A stretch of DNA of 64,000 nucleotides from Sedimentisphaerales bacterium (GTDB lineage Bacteria > Planctomycetota > Phycisphaerae > Sedimentisphaerales > SM23-30), in the NCBI GenBank assembly GCA_963666285.1, contig OY762711.1; one strand, written 5' to 3'. This document shows positions 1-10,312 of the stretch, one piece after another. Below the pieces are notes generated by a model, which saw nothing but the letters and a program-made list of their open reading frames with translations, did no database searches and had not been told where the DNA came from. Made by a program: the position numbers and the translations under genes. How positions within the stretch are numbered: position 1 is the stretch's first letter; each line of letters starts with the position of its first letter.

Positions 1-2
1 TG

Positions 3-2057
3 ATCTGTGTTCAGCAGATTACCAAACTGACGAGCACTGAAAGACAGGCTATCCAGAAGCATAAGGCGAATATCATATTCTGTAGCATCATTCAATGCCA
101 TATCGGCTAATTCACGCTGTGCGTCTGTTGACTCCAATCTACCCAAAGCAATAATTGATGACTGCTGAATTTCTGCACGAGAATCCTTCAAGCCACCCAG
201 CAGAGCACTCTGAGAATCAATTAACGGCAGAACTGAATTACGAGTAACGCAAAGTGCCTCCAGGGTCCTGGCAGCAGCTAACGCATAACCATCAGCCAGT
301 TCAGCAGAAAATTCACGAGCATTGTTAGCCGCCATAATTTCAGATGCCACAGCAGGCATCTCAGCAGCGGTTATGCCTCTTAGCTTGATGCTGACAAAAG
401 GATAATCTTTAACAACAGCTTTTGTAGAAGGAAGATTTTCACTGTCAGCGATCACAACTGTCGGACAGAAAGCCAGCCTGTATTGTTTGTTCATCAGCTC
501 AAGAATTGCCGGTAAATCCAAACCGGTAACCTTATTTGAGATAACAACCAGGTCAACACTAGGCAATTCCCTGACTTTAGTAACAATATTAGCATAAGAG
601 TCGCTGCCGATAACTCCACCGGTATATGTCTCTCTAAGGTCAGACATCATCTTGTTTCTTTGGGCATGATCCGGATCAATTACAACAGCGTATTTCTGCC
701 CTCTCTGTTGTACTGCTTCTGACAGAATCTTAATAACCATAGGAGCGGCTTCAAATTCTTCCAGAGGCAATACCTGGCCGATAGCCAAAGCTGCACTAAA
801 ACGAACTTCACGGTCAGGATAGCTCAAGGCATCAACCAGGGGTTTCTTGCCCATCAGTTCATAAAGCAGTGAACCCTGTCCGGCATTACGACGCATCGCC
901 TTGATAGCCTTAAGAGCGACCGGTCTGTTACGATTATCCAGTGCACGTTTCAAAACACGGTGCAGGTATTCAGGACCGGAAGTAAGGGCATAAGTATCAG
1001 CATCGGCATGGCCCTCGCCAAAATACTGTGGCTGTTCAAAACCATTCGCTTCCAGACGGAAGAAAGCTGACAACCAGATTGCAACAGAACCGGCAAGTGA
1101 AGAATCCCTTCTAAGAGCATGTTCTGCATATCTCATAGTCATAAGCTCATCAAAAGCACCACGAGGAACTTCTTCCTTGTAAAGCCCCTTGCGATAGTCC
1201 CAAAACCAGACATTAGCAATTTCCTGGTTTTCTGGAACTTTCAAAGAATCAAGCTCATTATAATAGTCATTAGCAAGCCTCTCATATAACATAGCAGAGT
1301 TAACACCATTAGGAAGGGAGTTAACTGTAGTAATTTTCTCGATCGCTTCTTCTGCTACACTTCTTAAATCTGAGACAGTATTTTCATCTTCGACTATTTC
1401 CTGCAGATAAGGCAGAGCCTTGTGATAACCAATCTCTCCGAGCACATCTGCAATAATAAGTTTTAAGTTCAGATCTTTGCAGTACAACATAGCAACAGCT
1501 AACGGATTAACGGCATCACGGCCAAGCTTAGGTAAAGCACGCTTGATAACTTCCAGTTCATCACGACGATTAGAATCCCGCAAAGCGTTTACTATCTGCG
1601 GTACAGCCCATTCGCCCGAATCCTTAAGACGGCTAACGGCAAGCATATGACCGCGTGTTGTGCTGGACAAACGTTTGATTTCATCTTCAATTCTTTTCGG
1701 GTTTTTTCGGCGAAGATAACGCCCTTCTTCAACGATCTGGACAATACTTTTGGCAACATCACGAAGTTCCTGAGTATTTTCCTGCATCAAAGACAGGTTG
1801 CGATAAGCATCGGCATAACGAGAATTTTCAGCAAGGTCCAAAACCTGTACCGGGTCCGGGTCAGACTGGATAAGCTTATTTGCATTATCCTTAGCCAATT
1901 CAAAGTTTCCGATCAAGGCATAATGCATAAAATCTGCCCAGTATTTTTGTGTTTGTTCGGCTTTTGCATCAGCAGCATCTTGTGCCGACGCCGATGTTGA
2001 CAACAAAATCAGTGACGCCAGAACAAAGAATAGTGATCTCTTAAAAATCTTGGCCAT
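3..2057 (-). CDS. Secreted/periplasmic HEAT-repeat (alpha-solenoid) protein, truncated by the left window edge
   Basis: Not in the ORF track because it runs off the edge. ATG at 2057 follows GGAG. Signal peptide MAKIFKRSLFFVLASLILLSTSASA-QD; same frame reads ...MLLDSLSFSARQFGNLLNTD at the edge. HEAT-like motifs such as PLVDALSYPDREVRFSAALAIG. Confidence 0.8.
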   Translation of the reverse strand, partial: MAKIFKRSLFFVLASLILLSTSASAQDAADAKAEQTQKYWADFMHYALIGNFELAKDNANKLIQSDPDPVQVLDLAENSRYADAYRNLSLMQENTQELRDVAKSIVQIVEEGRYLRRKNPKRIEDEIKRLSSTTRGHMLAVSRLKDSGEWAVPQIVNALRDSNRRDELEVIKRALPKLGRDAVNPLAVAMLYCKDLNLKLIIADVLGEIGYHKALPYLQEIVEDENTVSDLRSVAEEAIEKITTVNSLPNGVNSAMLYERLANDYYNELDSLKVPENQEIANVWFWDYRKGLYKEEVPRGAFDELMTMRYAEHALRRDSSLAGSVAIWLSAFFRLEANGFEQPQYFGEGHADADTYALTSGPEYLHRVLKRALDNRNRPVALKAIKAMRRNAGQGSLLYELMGKKPLVDALSYPDREVRFSAALAIGQVLPLEEFEAAPMVIKILSEAVQQRGQKYAVVIDPDHAQRNKMMSDLRETYTGGVIGSDSYANIVTKVRELPSVDLVVISNKVTGLDLPAILELMNKQYRLAFCPTVVIADSENLPSTKAVVKDYPFVSIKLRGITAAEMPAVASEIMAANNAREFSAELADGYALAAARTLEALCVTRNSVLPLIDSQSALLGGLKDSRAEIQQSSIIALGRLESTDAQRELADMALNDATEYDIRLMLLDSLSFSARQFGNLLNTD

Positions 2058-2532
2058 TTCAATAGTCTCCAGTCTGTATTATGTTATGCAAAAAATATAA
2101 TTTTTCTATATTGTGCGGTCAGTAGGACAAAGTTTTGGGCCTCCCAGAAATCAGGCTTGTCGAGGCCATTCATGTCCCTTAGCAAGGAGTGCTTGTTGGC
2201 AGGTTTGAGCTCAATTGCTATAAACTGTTTTTTCACAAGCTTTTATGGCTTACAGTGAAGCAACTCAATTATAAGGTAACTATTTAAAAAGGTCAACCAA
2301 AAATTATATTTTGTTTACCCATGAATTCCGCAGGGCCTTCCATTAAAAACGTCTAATAAATATAAAAATACTATGAGTATCCGGATAGAAGAAAATAGAA
2401 GGGTATTTATAAATTTTTAACCTTCAAAAAAATCAAAACACACACGCGTACCCATTGCAAACTAACGTAAAACCTTACTAAATATAGCGTTATAACAAAT
2501 ACATGCAAATTTGTTTTTTTATTATTTTTTGT

Positions 2533-2560
2533 TAAAGAAAAATAATTTAATGTCCGATAA
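2533..2560 (+). promoter_or_regulatory. Sigma28 (FliA)-type promoter of fliD
   Basis: TAAA-N16-TCCGATAA versus consensus TAAA-N15-GCCGATAA, directly upstream of a flagellar cap gene. Confidence 0.7.
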
Positions 2561-2579
2561 TTACGATTGATACGGTGTG

Positions 2580-2660
2580 TACCTTTATGGAGAAGGTATG
2601 CCTAATCAAAGAGTTCCTGTCTTGAAGGAGTTTGCGGAGCGAACTTTTACAGGAGAAAGG
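2580..2660 (+). promoter_or_regulatory. fliD 5' leader with CsrA-like GGA hairpins
   Basis: Hairpins TACCTT-tATGGAg-AAGGTA, AGTTTGC-GGA-GCGAACT and CTTT-tACAGGAg-AAAG. Confidence 0.55.
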
Positions 2661-2670
2661 CTGGTACAAA

Positions 2671-5600
2671 ATGGGTACATTTAGCAGTGGCACCGGCTTG
2701 ATTTCCGGATTTGACATAGAAGGCTATGTCACACAGATCATGGAAATTGAAGGTGCAAACAGAGATAATTATGTAGAAAGAGTAGAGGATAACACCCTCG
2801 AGCAAGAGACCCTTGAAGCAATACAGTCCAAAATAATGACTGTCCAGCTAAAGGCTGCCAATTTTAACACTTATAATACGTTTGAAAACAAAATAGCTTC
2901 ATCTTCAGACGAAGATGTTCTAACCGCTTCCGCTCAAAACTGGGCCACCAGAGGCACATATCAATTTGTAGTCAAATCGTTAGCGACCAACCATCAGATC
3001 GTAACTCGAAACTCTTTTTCGAGCAGAGATGAAACAGTTGGAACCGGCACCATATCACTAGAAGTAGGTCAAGGCCAACTAGCCCGCGATATGGATGTCA
3101 CTCAGCTCAACGGTCGTACCGGAATCCAAAGAGGTACAATTGAAATTACGGACAAATCCGGCACTACTGCAACCATTGACCTGACCACTGTCCTAACGGT
3201 CAATGACATACTTAAAGCAATCAATTCAAGCGAAGCCGATGTAAAAGCCTCGGTATCCGGTGATGGGATAGTAATTGAAGATTTATCCGGTGGAACAGGC
3301 GATCTTATTGTAGCCGATATCGGTGACGGTCAGACGGCCGAGGACCTTGGTATACTGCAAAGTACATCAGAATCCAAAATTACCGGCGAAGACATAGTAA
3401 GCATTTCACGGTACACACTTCTAAAAGAGCTTAATGACGGAAACGGCGTAAGAGATATTACTTCCGGATCATTCAACATACAAGCCTCCGGCACTCCGGA
3501 AGGTGGAATAGATATTAACCTGTCAGATACTCTTACCAGTGAAAATACCATCCAATCACTAAACAGTGGTGCAGGTGTACGCCTGGGTACATTTAAAATT
3601 ACCGACCGAAATAATAACTCAGTTGTCATTGATTTGTCTGACTTAAATAGTTCTGACTCGGTATCTGTCATCAAGGAAGAAATCGAGGAAGCGGCAGAAG
3701 AAGCCGGCCTATCTATTGAAGTCAATATAGAAAATCGAAATGATATTCAAATTGTCGATAACAGTGAAGCACTCACCACAGATGAAGATGGCGAACGAAG
3801 AAGCAACTTCATTATCGAAGACCTCGAAGGCGGATCAACTGCAGCTGACCTTGGCATCGAAGGAGACACTTCGGGAGCAACTATTACCGGCGATACAATC
3901 TGGAAAATGGAAACTCTGGCAGATGCCATGGCTGCCATAAATTACAGCACTAATAATTACACTGCAAGCGGTTCATATGTCTCTGTTTCAATCGATGCAG
4001 GCAGTAACCAGCTTAAGGTTGTAGATAATAGCGGCGGAATATTTACCACAGATGAAAAGATTATTATTACTGCCGGTGAAGATGATGGAATGGCCGCTTA
4101 CGACCTGGGAATATTGACCGGCGAAGATGGCATCGAAGGAACTGAGTTTCAAGGCGCAGCTCTTATTGCCGGGCTTAACACTGTTCTACTAAGCAGTCTG
4201 AACGGCGGTTCCGGAGGAAATCCTGAAGACGAAAACTATGGTGAAAACAGGATAACATCCGGCGGCGTAATCAGTATAAAAGACGGTGCCAGCAGTACCG
4301 CAGTTGAAGTTGACCTTACCGACGCTATCAGCGTACAAGACGTTATAGACGCTATCAATAACGCCGGCACAAACATAACCGCGGAATTAAACTCTGTAGG
4401 TAACGGCATAACATTGACAGATAGTTCCGGAACCGGCCAGATGGAAATTGCCGACGTTAGCGGCACCCTGGCTGAAAAGCTGAATCTGGCTGGGACAGCA
4501 TCAGACGAGATCAACAGCGGCAACCTGCAATTGCAATATATTTCAGAAGCCACTCTACTGGACGACTTAAGAAACGGTGAAGGAATAACTCGCGGTACTT
4601 TTACAGTCACCGACAGCAATGGTAACAGTACTGAAATAGATTTGACTCAAGACAGTATTCAAACTGTCGGAGATGTAATTGACCTGTTTTATGAAAAGAG
4701 CGGTCAAAATGTTCGTGCAAGAATTAACGACACAGGTGACGGTATTATATTATTTGACGATCTGAGTACCGGAACACTTTCTGCGATAGAGGTAACTGAC
4801 AACAGTGCCGGTACTGCCGCAGACCTTGGCTTCATGGCACGCGACTCAGTCAAAGACGAAAACGGCAACTATTATCTTGACGGTTCTTACGAACTAACCC
4901 TCAACCTGGGCGGATCTGATAGTTTGAACGATATTTCCAGCATGGTTAATGAAGCGGGACTTGGCATCGACGCCACAGTCGTTTTTGACGGTGTCGGCTA
5001 CCACCTAAGCTTTACCAGCGAAGTCAGCGGTCGGAAAGGAACCATATACTTCGATGCCGGTGATACTGAAATGGCCGTAGACAATATCACATCCGCTAAA
5101 GATGCTATAATTCTGCTTGGTGACGGTACCGAAGATCACCCAATGCTGATATCAAATAATACTAATAGCATAAAAGATGCAATACTTGGTACTACACTAG
5201 AGCTTCAGAAAGTTTCCGACGAAGCAATAACGATAACAATTGGTGATGACGTTGATAATATGGTTGAAGAGCTGACCTCATTTATTGACTCTTACAATGA
5301 AGTTCTTAACCTTATCGCGGAAAATACTCAGTTTGACACCGAAACGTACGAAAAAGGGGTTTTATTCTCTGACTACACAACAAGTACGGTTAAAAATCAG
5401 CTATTGTCGCTTATCCAGCAAACATTTACCGAATTATCCGGAAATTACAGATCCTTTGCCTCTATCGGCATATCACTTACCCAGGTAGAAGCTGAAACCA
5501 CATACGATGATGAAGGTAATGAGATCATTACAGTTGAAGCTCTCAACGTTGAGCTGGATGAAGACGTTTTCAGAGCAGCATTCGAAGAAGATCCAGATTC

Positions 5601-5883
5601 CGTAACTGCATTATTTAGCACAGCAGACTACGGTATATCAGATTATGTTTCTGATCTGCTGGAGAACCTGGCAAGCTCTAGTGTTGACAATTCTACCATG
5701 CAAAATCGTATTGACGCCATTGCAAGCGAAAATGATTTGCTGGAAGAGAGAATAGAAGACCTGGAAGAACGCCTGGCTGAAAAGGAAGAAAGACTGTATA
5801 ACGATTTCTATGCAATGGAAGAAACACTTGCTAACCTGCAATCACAACAATCTGCGATAGAAAGCATGAGTAGCTCATCGTAA
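2671..5883 (+). CDS. fliD: Flagellar filament capping protein FliD, long form with internal repeats
   Basis: N-terminus MGTFSSGTGLISGFDI (FliD_N); C-terminus ERLYNDFYAMEETLANLQSQQSAI (FliD_C). ATG at 2671 preferred over TTG at 2632. Confidence 0.92.
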   Translation: MGTFSSGTGLISGFDIEGYVTQIMEIEGANRDNYVERVEDNTLEQETLEAIQSKIMTVQLKAANFNTYNTFENKIASSSDEDVLTASAQNWATRGTYQFVVKSLATNHQIVTRNSFSSRDETVGTGTISLEVGQGQLARDMDVTQLNGRTGIQRGTIEITDKSGTTATIDLTTVLTVNDILKAINSSEADVKASVSGDGIVIEDLSGGTGDLIVADIGDGQTAEDLGILQSTSESKITGEDIVSISRYTLLKELNDGNGVRDITSGSFNIQASGTPEGGIDINLSDTLTSENTIQSLNSGAGVRLGTFKITDRNNNSVVIDLSDLNSSDSVSVIKEEIEEAAEEAGLSIEVNIENRNDIQIVDNSEALTTDEDGERRSNFIIEDLEGGSTAADLGIEGDTSGATITGDTIWKMETLADAMAAINYSTNNYTASGSYVSVSIDAGSNQLKVVDNSGGIFTTDEKIIITAGEDDGMAAYDLGILTGEDGIEGTEFQGAALIAGLNTVLLSSLNGGSGGNPEDENYGENRITSGGVISIKDGASSTAVEVDLTDAISVQDVIDAINNAGTNITAELNSVGNGITLTDSSGTGQMEIADVSGTLAEKLNLAGTASDEINSGNLQLQYISEATLLDDLRNGEGITRGTFTVTDSNGNSTEIDLTQDSIQTVGDVIDLFYEKSGQNVRARINDTGDGIILFDDLSTGTLSAIEVTDNSAGTAADLGFMARDSVKDENGNYYLDGSYELTLNLGGSDSLNDISSMVNEAGLGIDATVVFDGVGYHLSFTSEVSGRKGTIYFDAGDTEMAVDNITSAKDAIILLGDGTEDHPMLISNNTNSIKDAILGTTLELQKVSDEAITITIGDDVDNMVEELTSFIDSYNEVLNLIAENTQFDTETYEKGVLFSDYTTSTVKNQLLSLIQQTFTELSGNYRSFASIGISLTQVEAETTYDDEGNEIITVEALNVELDEDVFRAAFEEDPDSVTALFSTADYGISDYVSDLLENLASSSVDNSTMQNRIDAIASENDLLEERIEDLEERLAEKEERLYNDFYAMEETLANLQSQQSAIESMSSSS

Positions 5884-5937
5884 AAATTTCACGACTTGAA
5901 TAATTGAGATGACTTAACGCTATAACGTCACCCTTAA

Positions 5938-5986
5938 TAAAAACAAATGGGCCCCCTGGAATTTTCCAAAGGTCCCATTTTTTATT
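5938..5986. terminator. Bidirectional intrinsic terminator between fliD and dnaK
   Basis: AAATGGG...CCCATTT stem flanked by A and T tracts between convergent genes. Confidence 0.7.
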
Positions 5987-6004
5987 GTATATTTAGACTT
6001 AAAT

Positions 6005-7918
6005 TTATTCTTTAACTTCAAATTCTGCATCGACTACATCATCATCGCCTTTATTATCATCTGACGGTGCAGAAGCATCGGCACCTGGAGCACCGGCAGC
6101 TGCCTGCTGTTTAGCAGCTTCTTCATAGATGATCTTACCAAGTGTCTGGCTGGCTGTAGTAACTGACTCCATCGCCTTCTTGATAGCTTCAAGATCGTCA
6201 TTCTTAATAACCTCTTTCAGGTTATTTATCGCAGATTCCACATTGCCGCGTTCTTCTGCAGGAATCTTTTCGCCATGTTCCTTCATTGTATTTTCGGTCT
6301 GGAAAATCAGCTGATCAGCCTGGTTCTTCAAATCTACAACCTCACGACGTTTCTTGTCTTCTTCGGCATGAGCTTCTGCATCTTTAACCATACGATCAAT
6401 CTCACCATCGTCCAAACCGCTTGAACCCTTGATTTCGATCTTCTGCTCTTTACCGGTGCCAAGGTCTTTAGCTGACACATTCAGGATACCGTCAGCATTG
6501 ATATCAAAAGTTACTTCAATCTGAGGAACACCACGCGGGGCCGGTGGAATACCGGTAAGCTGGAAGCGTCCAAGGGTTCTATTGTCAGATGCCATCTCTC
6601 GCTCACCCTGCAGAACATGAATATCAACCGAAGGCTGGCTATCGGCTGCAGTTGAAAAAACTTCTCTCTTCGATGTTGGTATAGTTGTATTCCGCTCGAT
6701 CAGCTTGGTCATAACACCGCCAAGAGTTTCAACACCCAGGCTCAACGGGGTAACATCCAGCAGCAGAATGTCTTTGACGCTTGAATCGCCAGAGAGTACG
6801 CCGCCCTGAATCGCAGCACCAATAGCCACAACTTCATCCGGGTTGATGCTCTTGTTAGCTTCTTTGCCAAATACTTCTTTTACAACATCATGTACCTTAG
6901 GGATACGAGTAGAACCACCTACCAGCACAACTTCAGAAATATCAGAAGTTGACAAGCCGGCATCAGCAATCGCTTTTCGGCATGGTTCTTTCAGCCTGTC
7001 CAAAATAGTAGAAATCAGCTGTTCAAAAGTACTGCGGTTGATAGTCATCTGTAAATGTTTTGGACCGGAAGCGTCTGCTGTAATAAATGGAAGGTTAATT
7101 GTGCTTTCCATCGCAGTTGACAGCTCGCACTTGGTCTTTTCAGCTGCTTCTTTCAGTCGCTGAAGAGCCATGGCATCATTGCGAAGATCTACACCTTCAT
7201 TCTTCTTGAACTCGTCAGCAATATATCTTATCAATACTTCATCGACGTCATCACCACCAAGGTGAGTATCGCCGTTTGTACTTAAAACTTCAAATACATT
7301 GTCGCCAATATCCAGAATAGAAACGTCGAATGTACCGCCGCCAAAGTCGAACACAACAATCTTCTGATTAGCGTTCTTTTCAAGGCCGTAAGCTAGAGCA
7401 GCAGCAGTAGGTTCATTTATGATTCGTTTAACATCCAGACCGGCAATCTTACCGGCATCTTTGGTAGCCTGACGCTGAGCATCGTTGAAATATGCCGGTA
7501 CGGTGATAACAGCTTCGGTTACCTTTTCACCCAGGTAATCTTCTGCGGTCTTTTTAAGATCCTGCAGTACCATTGCTGAAATTTCAGGAGGAGTGTATTC
7601 CTTACCGCGAACATCGACTTTTACAAGTTCATCTGCCGAACCTGTAACCTTGTAAGGCACTATTTTTTCTTCCTGACCGACTTCGCTGTGGCGACGCCCC
7701 ATAAATCTCTTAATTGAATAAATAGTATTCTGAGGGTTAGTTACCTGCTGATGGCGGGCTATCTGGCCGACCAGCCTCTCGCCTTTATCTGTAAAAGCTA
7801 CCACAGAAGGAGTAAGTCTGGCTCCCTGCGAATTAACTAGTACCTTCGGTGCTGCACCTTCCAAAACGGCAACCACCGAGTTTGATGTTCCCAAATCTAT
7901 TCCAATAATCTTTGACAT
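6005..7918 (-). CDS. dnaK: Chaperone DnaK (Hsp70)
   Basis: [42 protein letters not shown]-terminal DVVDAEFE. Confidence 0.99.
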   Translation of the reverse strand: MSKIIGIDLGTSNSVVAVLEGAAPKVLVNSQGARLTPSVVAFTDKGERLVGQIARHQQVTNPQNTIYSIKRFMGRRHSEVGQEEKIVPYKVTGSADELVKVDVRGKEYTPPEISAMVLQDLKKTAEDYLGEKVTEAVITVPAYFNDAQRQATKDAGKIAGLDVKRIINEPTAAALAYGLEKNANQKIVVFDFGGGTFDVSILDIGDNVFEVLSTNGDTHLGGDDVDEVLIRYIADEFKKNEGVDLRNDAMALQRLKEAAEKTKCELSTAMESTINLPFITADASGPKHLQMTINRSTFEQLISTILDRLKEPCRKAIADAGLSTSDISEVVLVGGSTRIPKVHDVVKEVFGKEANKSINPDEVVAIGAAIQGGVLSGDSSVKDILLLDVTPLSLGVETLGGVMTKLIERNTTIPTSKREVFSTAADSQPSVDIHVLQGEREMASDNRTLGRFQLTGIPPAPRGVPQIEVTFDINADGILNVSAKDLGTGKEQKIEIKGSSGLDDGEIDRMVKDAEAHAEEDKKRREVVDLKNQADQLIFQTENTMKEHGEKIPAEERGNVESAINNLKEVIKNDDLEAIKKAMESVTTASQTLGKIIYEEAAKQQAAAGAPGADASAPSDDNKGDDDVVDAEFEVKE

Positions 7919-7987
7919 TTTAAAACTCCTGTTATTTCAAGGTTTCAGTTTTCATCTTTGCAAGCAAATACTCACGAAAAACTAATA

Positions 7988-8004
7988 AGCAAAGGCCATG
8001 CCAA
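7988..8004 (-). promoter_or_regulatory. Sigma54 (-24/-12) promoter of dnaK
   Basis: Minus strand TTGGCATGGCCTTTGCT gives exact GG-N10-GC spacing, about 70 bp upstream of the ATG. Confidence 0.75.
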
Positions 8005-8115
8005 AACACAACTACAAAGTGTAATGCATTACAACATAACAACTTATCTAAAAATCAGAGTTTACTACATAATTAATATTATGCCAACCAGACAGGAAAT
8101 ACCAACCCGACCTGC

Positions 8116-8166
8116 CAAAAAAACAGAGACAGAGGAACCCAGGTACGTTTAAGGCCCCTCTGTCAT
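8116..8166 (-). terminator. Probable terminator of the 8203..8493 gene
   Basis: GACAGAGG...CCTCTGTC stem followed on the minus strand by a T tract. Confidence 0.5.
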
Positions 8167-8202
8167 TAATAACTTTACTCCTCGTACTATTATAGCCGGA
8201 AA

Positions 8203-8493
8203 CTAAAGCTCTTTCTGGTAATCACCACAAATACCGCTTGGACCAATACTTACAGCCGGTATTTTCCTGGCTTCCAGTTTCACTTCACAATTACTGAGAC
8301 CCTGACCTGCCGGCTCGTGCAAATAGCCTCTTTCGATCAACTCACGGGCAACCGATTCGGCCAGATAGCTGAGCATTCGATCATCCAGATCATCCAGATG
8401 GCTGTCACTTCGAAATGACAATGGCTTTTTAGACTTCGAACCATTTTTATTAGTTACAATTCTAAACCGACGATTTACATTAAAACAGTTCAT
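8203..8493 (-). CDS. Small hypothetical protein (~96 aa)
   Basis: The track gives 8203..8568, but AAGGAG-N5-ATG favours a start at 8493 (MNCFNVNRRF...). Confidence 0.6.
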   Translation of the reverse strand: MNCFNVNRRFRIVTNKNGSKSKKPLSFRSDSHLDDLDDRMLSYLAESVARELIERGYLHEPAGQGLSNCEVKLEARKIPAVSIGPSGICGDYQKEL

Positions 8494-8760
8494 AACAGCT
8501 CCTTTGGGTCTAAACAGACCTATATTGCATAAATAATTTACAGAAAAGGGCTTAGGAGGGAGATGCAATATCTATCAGAGCTCGGTTCCACCCTTGAACA
8601 CATTAGCTGTTAATATTTTCGGATAAGCTCAGCGAATTTCTTTAATTTTTATTTGAATAATAAATCATAAAGTATGTTACACTATGAATCGCACAACTTA
8701 TGCTTACTAACTAATAATTTGTAAAGCTTCAAAGTTATTTTTATATAATTATTCCCCAAA

Positions 8761-9774
8761 TTAAAGAGGAGTTTTATCAATAATATCTTTCCCGCCGGCT
8801 AACTCGATAATCATTTCATGAATAGCTTTTTCCTGCTTATCCATACTCCTTTTAGGTTCAACCTGGAAATTCATAAAAAGCTCTCCTTTTTCATTTTTGC
8901 AGACATAAACATCCACTTCCCCAGTCTTACGCGTTTTCAAGGAAAACGGATTAAGAAATAAACCCTTATTATTATCAATTGCTTCACCAAGTGATTCCAG
9001 TCCATACCTGGATTTCGCACAAATACGAACCTGCCATGGACTTATTCTGCTAACACTATCAGCCTTCATTAAGTTATTATACTTGTCGTCACTTACAACA
9101 ATAGACAATTCTGATTTCAAAATCTTATTTTGATACTTTTCCTTAAGATTACTGTATAATTTTACAATATCTTCCTTGTCAAAATATTTAAGTTGCATTA
9201 TCTTAAAATTCCGCTGGTAAAGATCTCCGGCACTTAACCATACTTTCTCATCAAAATCAGAGCATTCATGGATTGATTTCAGTACCAGTTTACCATCTTC
9301 AAATATTATATCGAGCTTATCGGTCAAATTACAAAAATCTAAAAAATCCATAAATAAACTTCTACGATAAGATAGATCCTGATACGCTTTAGAAATTCCA
9401 CCTATGTCGATTCCGGCATAATAGCCCCTCTTAAACCCTAATGAGATTTTTACATCCGTATCTTCTTCAAAATCAAAATCAACTCCTGAATCTGAAATGT
9501 CAAAACGGCAATACACAATTTCTGCATCTTTACTTAATTCTAATAACTCTGAAAAAAATTCTGAATCTATTTCATCAGGTTGAAATATGTGATCAAGTGA
9601 AACTTTTCTGTATAGGTTTGAAATTTCAAAATCAGAAAGACCTGGCAAAACTTTTGAATTAAATGTCATAAAATCGGCACTATCATTCTTTTTAAAATAC
9701 TCGGACTCCTTTGCATTATTTACGAACATCAGCAATTGGTCTTTTGTCAAATTTGTTGTGTATATTTCTAGCAT
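8761..9774 (-). CDS. Hypothetical protein, very AT-rich
   Basis: 337-aa ORF with GAGG upstream; no motif recognised. Confidence 0.7.
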   Translation of the reverse strand: MLEIYTTNLTKDQLLMFVNNAKESEYFKKNDSADFMTFNSKVLPGLSDFEISNLYRKVSLDHIFQPDEIDSEFFSELLELSKDAEIVYCRFDISDSGVDFDFEEDTDVKISLGFKRGYYAGIDIGGISKAYQDLSYRRSLFMDFLDFCNLTDKLDIIFEDGKLVLKSIHECSDFDEKVWLSAGDLYQRNFKIMQLKYFDKEDIVKLYSNLKEKYQNKILKSELSIVVSDDKYNNLMKADSVSRISPWQVRICAKSRYGLESLGEAIDNNKGLFLNPFSLKTRKTGEVDVYVCKNEKGELFMNFQVEPKRSMDKQEKAIHEMIIELAGGKDIIDKTPL

Positions 9775-9871
9775 CTAATAAAACCTCTATAAAACATCAA
9801 TAAATAACTCTAAATTAAAATCAACTACTCTATATGAGAAAATAATGGGATACTTACCCTTTATTTAACAG

Positions 9872-10312
9872 CTACCATTCACTTGGAATTTGATCTCCAT
9901 CCTTATAAAACCATAATCTAAAATAAGCTCCAACTGGTTTTGTGATATTTACCTTAACAGAGCCGGTATTGCTGTCATAGTACCATCCTCCACTACCATC
10001 TAAAGTGTGTGTTTCTTTTGAATTATTTGTGCCTTTTATACCGGATGATACACATTCACTGTAACGAAGTTTATTACCAGAAGCAATAAGTTCCTCAATT
10101 TCTAAAAGTGATTCGGGATACTTTTCATTCCGAGTATGATATATTGACAAAGTCCCTCTGTAGCGACTAAGTGCCATACGTGAACCCTTAATCCTTAAAT
10201 AATAAGTAGTAGGGCTGTTCTCACCAATATTCCAGTAACACCAAAAAGATGGAACAAATAATAATACTAATATTATAACAAATATACATAACGCTCGCTG
10301 TTTTTTAGACAT
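9872..10312 (-). CDS. Membrane-anchored pilin/pseudopilin-like hypothetical protein
   Basis: N-terminal hydrophobic helix; LSRYRGTLSIYHTRNEKYPESL resembles the GspG-type helix; DGSGGWYYDSNTGSVKVN; no G|FTxxE prepilin cleavage site. Confidence 0.55.
   Translation of the reverse strand: MSKKQRALCIFVIILVLLFVPSFWCYWNIGENSPTTYYLRIKGSRMALSRYRGTLSIYHTRNEKYPESLLEIEELIASGNKLRYSECVSSGIKGTNNSKETHTLDGSGGWYYDSNTGSVKVNITKPVGAYFRLWFYKDGDQIPSEW

Noticed and set aside
1647..2000. 117-aa plus-strand ORF in the track
   Set aside because: Antisense shadow of the real minus-strand HEAT-repeat gene (3..2057)
7958..8152. 64-aa plus-strand ORF upstream of dnaK
   Set aside because: Overlaps the dnaK promoter, UAS and a terminator; no RBS or motif
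8580..8598. Minus-strand AAGGGTGGAACCGAG resembling a T-box antiterminator
   Set aside because: No stem I or specifier loop, no following terminator, and the downstream gene is not amino-acid related
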